In this document: piece by piece, positions 55,178-64,000 of the stretch
Layout of the letters: every line of letters starts with the position of its first letter
Position numbering within the stretch: position 1 is the first letter of the stretch
Assembly: GCA_002189035.1 (NCBI GenBank)
Contig: NEEC01000004.1
Span: forward strand, 4,588,001-4,652,000
Direction: 5' to 3'
Source: Utricularia gibba
Lineage: Eukaryota; Plantae; Magnoliophyta
Length of the DNA: 64,000 bases
The notes under the pieces: generated by a model
Databases searched by the model: none
Told to the model about the DNA's origin: nothing
The model's input: only the letters and a program-made list of their open reading frames with translations
Position numbers and translations under genes: made by a program

Positions 55178-57073
55178 TTACTGAGGAAGAACGGGAGGAG
55201 CAATTGTTCTTGTATTGTATGATTTGCAGTGCCTGCATTTCTGGCCGATTATGTGGAAGTACACTTCGGTTGTGTCGTTGCAGTCATTGCATAGAATCCA
55301 AACCTGTGGATGGGAAGTGGGATCAGATAGTTTATTGAAAGGGGGAGCTTCTGGCTTGTGTTGCAGAGATAAGACGAGAACCTTCTTGTGTCTGTACTCC
55401 TCTGGCATGACTGTTTCTTCAATCTGTGGGAACGGAAACACAGAGATGAACTCCTCGATACATCTAGAAGCTGGATGAATTGTCAGTTAATGACACAAAC
55501 CTCTTCATCAATTCCCTCCCAGATTCTGGACATGTTTGTGATTGACTTGGAGCATATTGGGCAGCAATACCTGTAAGAAACGTTCAAAAGAGAAGTGGGA
55601 ACAGTTTCTTTAGCAGAGATGCTGAAAATTTGATACAGTCAATTACTTCTCACGCTTGACCAGCTCATCATAGCATTCTGAATGCATTGTGTGCCCGCAG
55701 TTCATCACAGTTGTGTCCTTCAGAGAGTCAAAAAGGTACTGCACATTCATTGAATTTGCAAGTCATTAGAGAAGTTCATGGAGAGATGGGAAATACACAA
55801 GAACTTGGAAAAAGAGACCTCATAGCAGATAGGACAGTGGTGCCTCATGGAGTTCTCCACACAGAGATGATTGTTTTGTAGGCTGATGGAGTAGCAGCAA
55901 CCTGTGACATTTATAAGACCACTATGTCTAAATTCGAGAATCCCAAGTGTTACATGATGAAACCAGTAGTCTTATTTACCACATTTCTTGCAGTGGAAGA
56001 AGTTGTCACGGCCACCGACCCTGAGAAAGAGGTGAACCATGGTCAATAACAGAACTGAGTTTAACATTCATCTCGTTGAAGAAATACCTGCAAATTCCGC
56101 AGTCATCGCAATGGAACTGCTCTTTGTCAGTCTGCATTAAGACAAAACATACCACGGCAGCAATCACAAGGATTGAGAATCAAGCTGTTCTTGCCAAAAC
56201 TTGGGGATAATTCAACTAAACCAGAAGGAAAGGTAATCACATTATCATCATAAAATACGCATATGTCGCAGAAGTATTCTCCCATGTTTACTCCACAGTT
56301 TGTGCAAACCCGAGCAACCTGAACATGTGAACAGAATGATAAGTAGGAAGGATATCCAGCATGGGCCAGTTTGTATGATAGAGTGCTTACAGGCTGTTCA
56401 GTGTCACAAACAGAGCATATAACCTGCAAAAGAGATGAAGTAGCTTATCTTTGGAAAACCAGCAAGAAGAGCAAGTTCTTGGTGAGAACATACTTGTTTC
56501 ACATCATGCCGAACTAGCTCATGCCGATCATAAATGTTACCAAGTGTACTCTGTTACCACAGCATAAGAAAGAAAGACAATCAGACCTGTTCGTTTTTTA
56601 TTATACATAATGAAATGCTATCTAGATGTCTGAAAAACATACAGTGGCTTCGTTGTGACAGTGACGACAATCATAGACTTCATTACAACATGGAGCTCGA
56701 ATCCTACATCGTCTTCGGTAGTGCTTGCACCTAGATCACCATCAGATCTATCAAACAGTTAACAGTTGTGATATCCAAAGCAGGACAGGGAAAAAGAGTT
56801 CTATTTTCCTCCAGAAAGTTAACTGTTAATGACTCACTCGTCTATGAAACTCTAGCAGAACCAACCTACTTTTACATTGAATCAAGAAAGAAAGCAACTT
56901 TGGTGACATATTGATAAAACTCGGAGAAGATTCACAATTACATGAACCTAGAACACAAAATCAGCTGCAAAACTACCAACCGATAACCAAAATCCAAGAA
57001 ACTTAAACAATAAGAGAACCCACCCATAACCCATCTTCCCAAAGGTAAGCCGATCATTGGAGAGATCTTCCAT
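55178..57073 (-). CDS. MIEL1: CHY/CTCHY zinc finger + RING-H2 E3 ligase, MIEL1-like, about 11 exons
   Basis: [17 protein letters not shown]|[106 protein letters not shown]. Confidence 0.93.
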
Positions 57074-57274
57074 AGGAACTCACAGCTCATTACAGAAGCA
57101 TAAGGTGAAGATGGGTGACCCCAGACCCTGCAAGAATACAAAAAATGGAAAGGGCCGAGGGCTATCCATCCACAGTCTAGTTGAGGCTTATTTATACATG
57201 AATTTATGATCCTAGACAACCCCATTTCCTCTGCGAATGGGATAACTGATAAAAGACAGTTTTTTATTAAATAA

Positions 57275-57390
57275 GATAAGGTAGTTTTGCAGTAAACAGG
57301 GACAAAAGGCAATCAAGATTGAATGAAGCAATTCTTTATGGAATGGGATAAGGTAGTTTTGCAGTAAACAGGGACAAAAGCAATCAAGAT
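57275..57390. repeat. Imperfect tandem duplication, 72-bp period, upstream of the MIEL1 ATG
   Basis: GATAAGGTAGTTTTGCAGTAAACAGGGACAAAAG(G)CAATCAAGAT occurs at 57275-57319 and 57347-57390. Confidence 0.9.
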
Positions 57391-57795
57391 GCAACGAAGC
57401 TTTGCTTGTCTACTTGTGTTGATGGTTGTGATAATCTCAAAGGCATAAAATAATGTTCTTCATGTCGATCCAAATTCCACAAGAAAAAAGGAAAGCGAAG
57501 ATATTGGAAAACATTTATTTCTTCTCTTTTAGTTAAACCAAAGTTGTGGGGAATAGCAGAAAATAATTGTCTTGGATTCCTTCCTTGACATTTCTTCTAA
57601 TGGTTTGTGGGAAATCCAAACATGCTGTTGCTACACAGAAAATTCTCACCCCGAACCATAGCAGAACCAGAAACTCTAAAGACAGCTTGAAAGATTTTCA
57701 GAGTGTGAACGATGAGAAAGATCAAGGAATTGTGGGTTGGAGGAGGATGAGAAATCACATGATCACTGAACAACAACAAAACTGAAGAAAAGATC

Positions 57796-57889
57796 GGCCC
57801 AGAAACGAAGGTTCTTACACAGGCCCATTGGCGTAAATAGATTGTCCAGGCCCATATTGTGTTAGAGGCCCATTATGTAGAGAAGCCCA
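57796..57889. promoter_or_regulatory. Array of five site II elements (GGCCCA/AGCCCA) in the divergent MIEL1/ISWI promoter
   Basis: GGCCCA at 57796, 57822, 57849 and 57867; AGCCCA at 57884. Confidence 0.65.
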
Positions 57890-58046
57890 ATACCCTGTAA
57901 TGGCGGGATACACCCAACACCAACATAACTTGACCCGCATCTGTTTATTTGCGCTGCCGCGCAACTTCATTCGCTTCTGGGTCAGAATTTCAAGTCTCTC
58001 TCTTCTCTGTCTCAAGAGGAGAGGAAAGTTGCAGCCGTACGTCGAC

Positions 58047-63823
<5,777 letters not shown>

Positions 63824-64000
63824 AGCCACTGCTCTCCCAAGCTCCCATCTTCTCTTGTCTGTCATTCTGATCATTGGGGCAGTAGCAACTCACTGAACTC
63901 CCTAGGAACAACACATTCAAGCTCTTAGTGCTTGAAACAAGCCCCTTTTTAAGCTGTAAGCAGATTACATGAGTCTGATATGCTAATGATCCCGTCCACA

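Overview
Gene-dense nuclear genomic DNA from a flowering plant (eudicot), not a prokaryote. It holds about 22 protein-coding genes in 64 kb, mostly with short (about 70-200 nt) introns. In order: At5g19025-like membrane protein, dienelactone hydrolase, intronless CRTISO-like FAD oxidoreductase, MPK16, alpha/beta-hydrolase, plastid GS2, HIPP, FRS7/12, RF298-like RING E3, DMP, At4g15545-like, prolyl 4-hydroxylase, SPL7, RINGv E3, Cu/Zn-SOD (CSD1), P-class PPR, Tubby-like F-box, plastid Rossmann-fold protein, small membrane peptide, DVR, MIEL1 and ISWI (CHR11/17). I traced exons by hand; family names and Arabidopsis locus IDs come from memory and were not database-checked. Main observations: (1) at least seven otherwise intact genes are broken by a single missing base in a homopolymer, always in the -1 direction, which points to assembly error rather than biology; (2) a miR398-type site in the CSD1 leader exists only after splicing, about 4 kb from SPL7, the copper regulator that induces miR398; (3) there is one U12 AT-AC intron and one GC-AG intron; (4) the CRTISO-like gene has no introns; (5) a small, probably lipidated membrane peptide sits just upstream of DVR; (6) gene packing is very tight. 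I found no CRISPR, rRNA or tRNA, and I cannot support a claim of a wholly new biological system.
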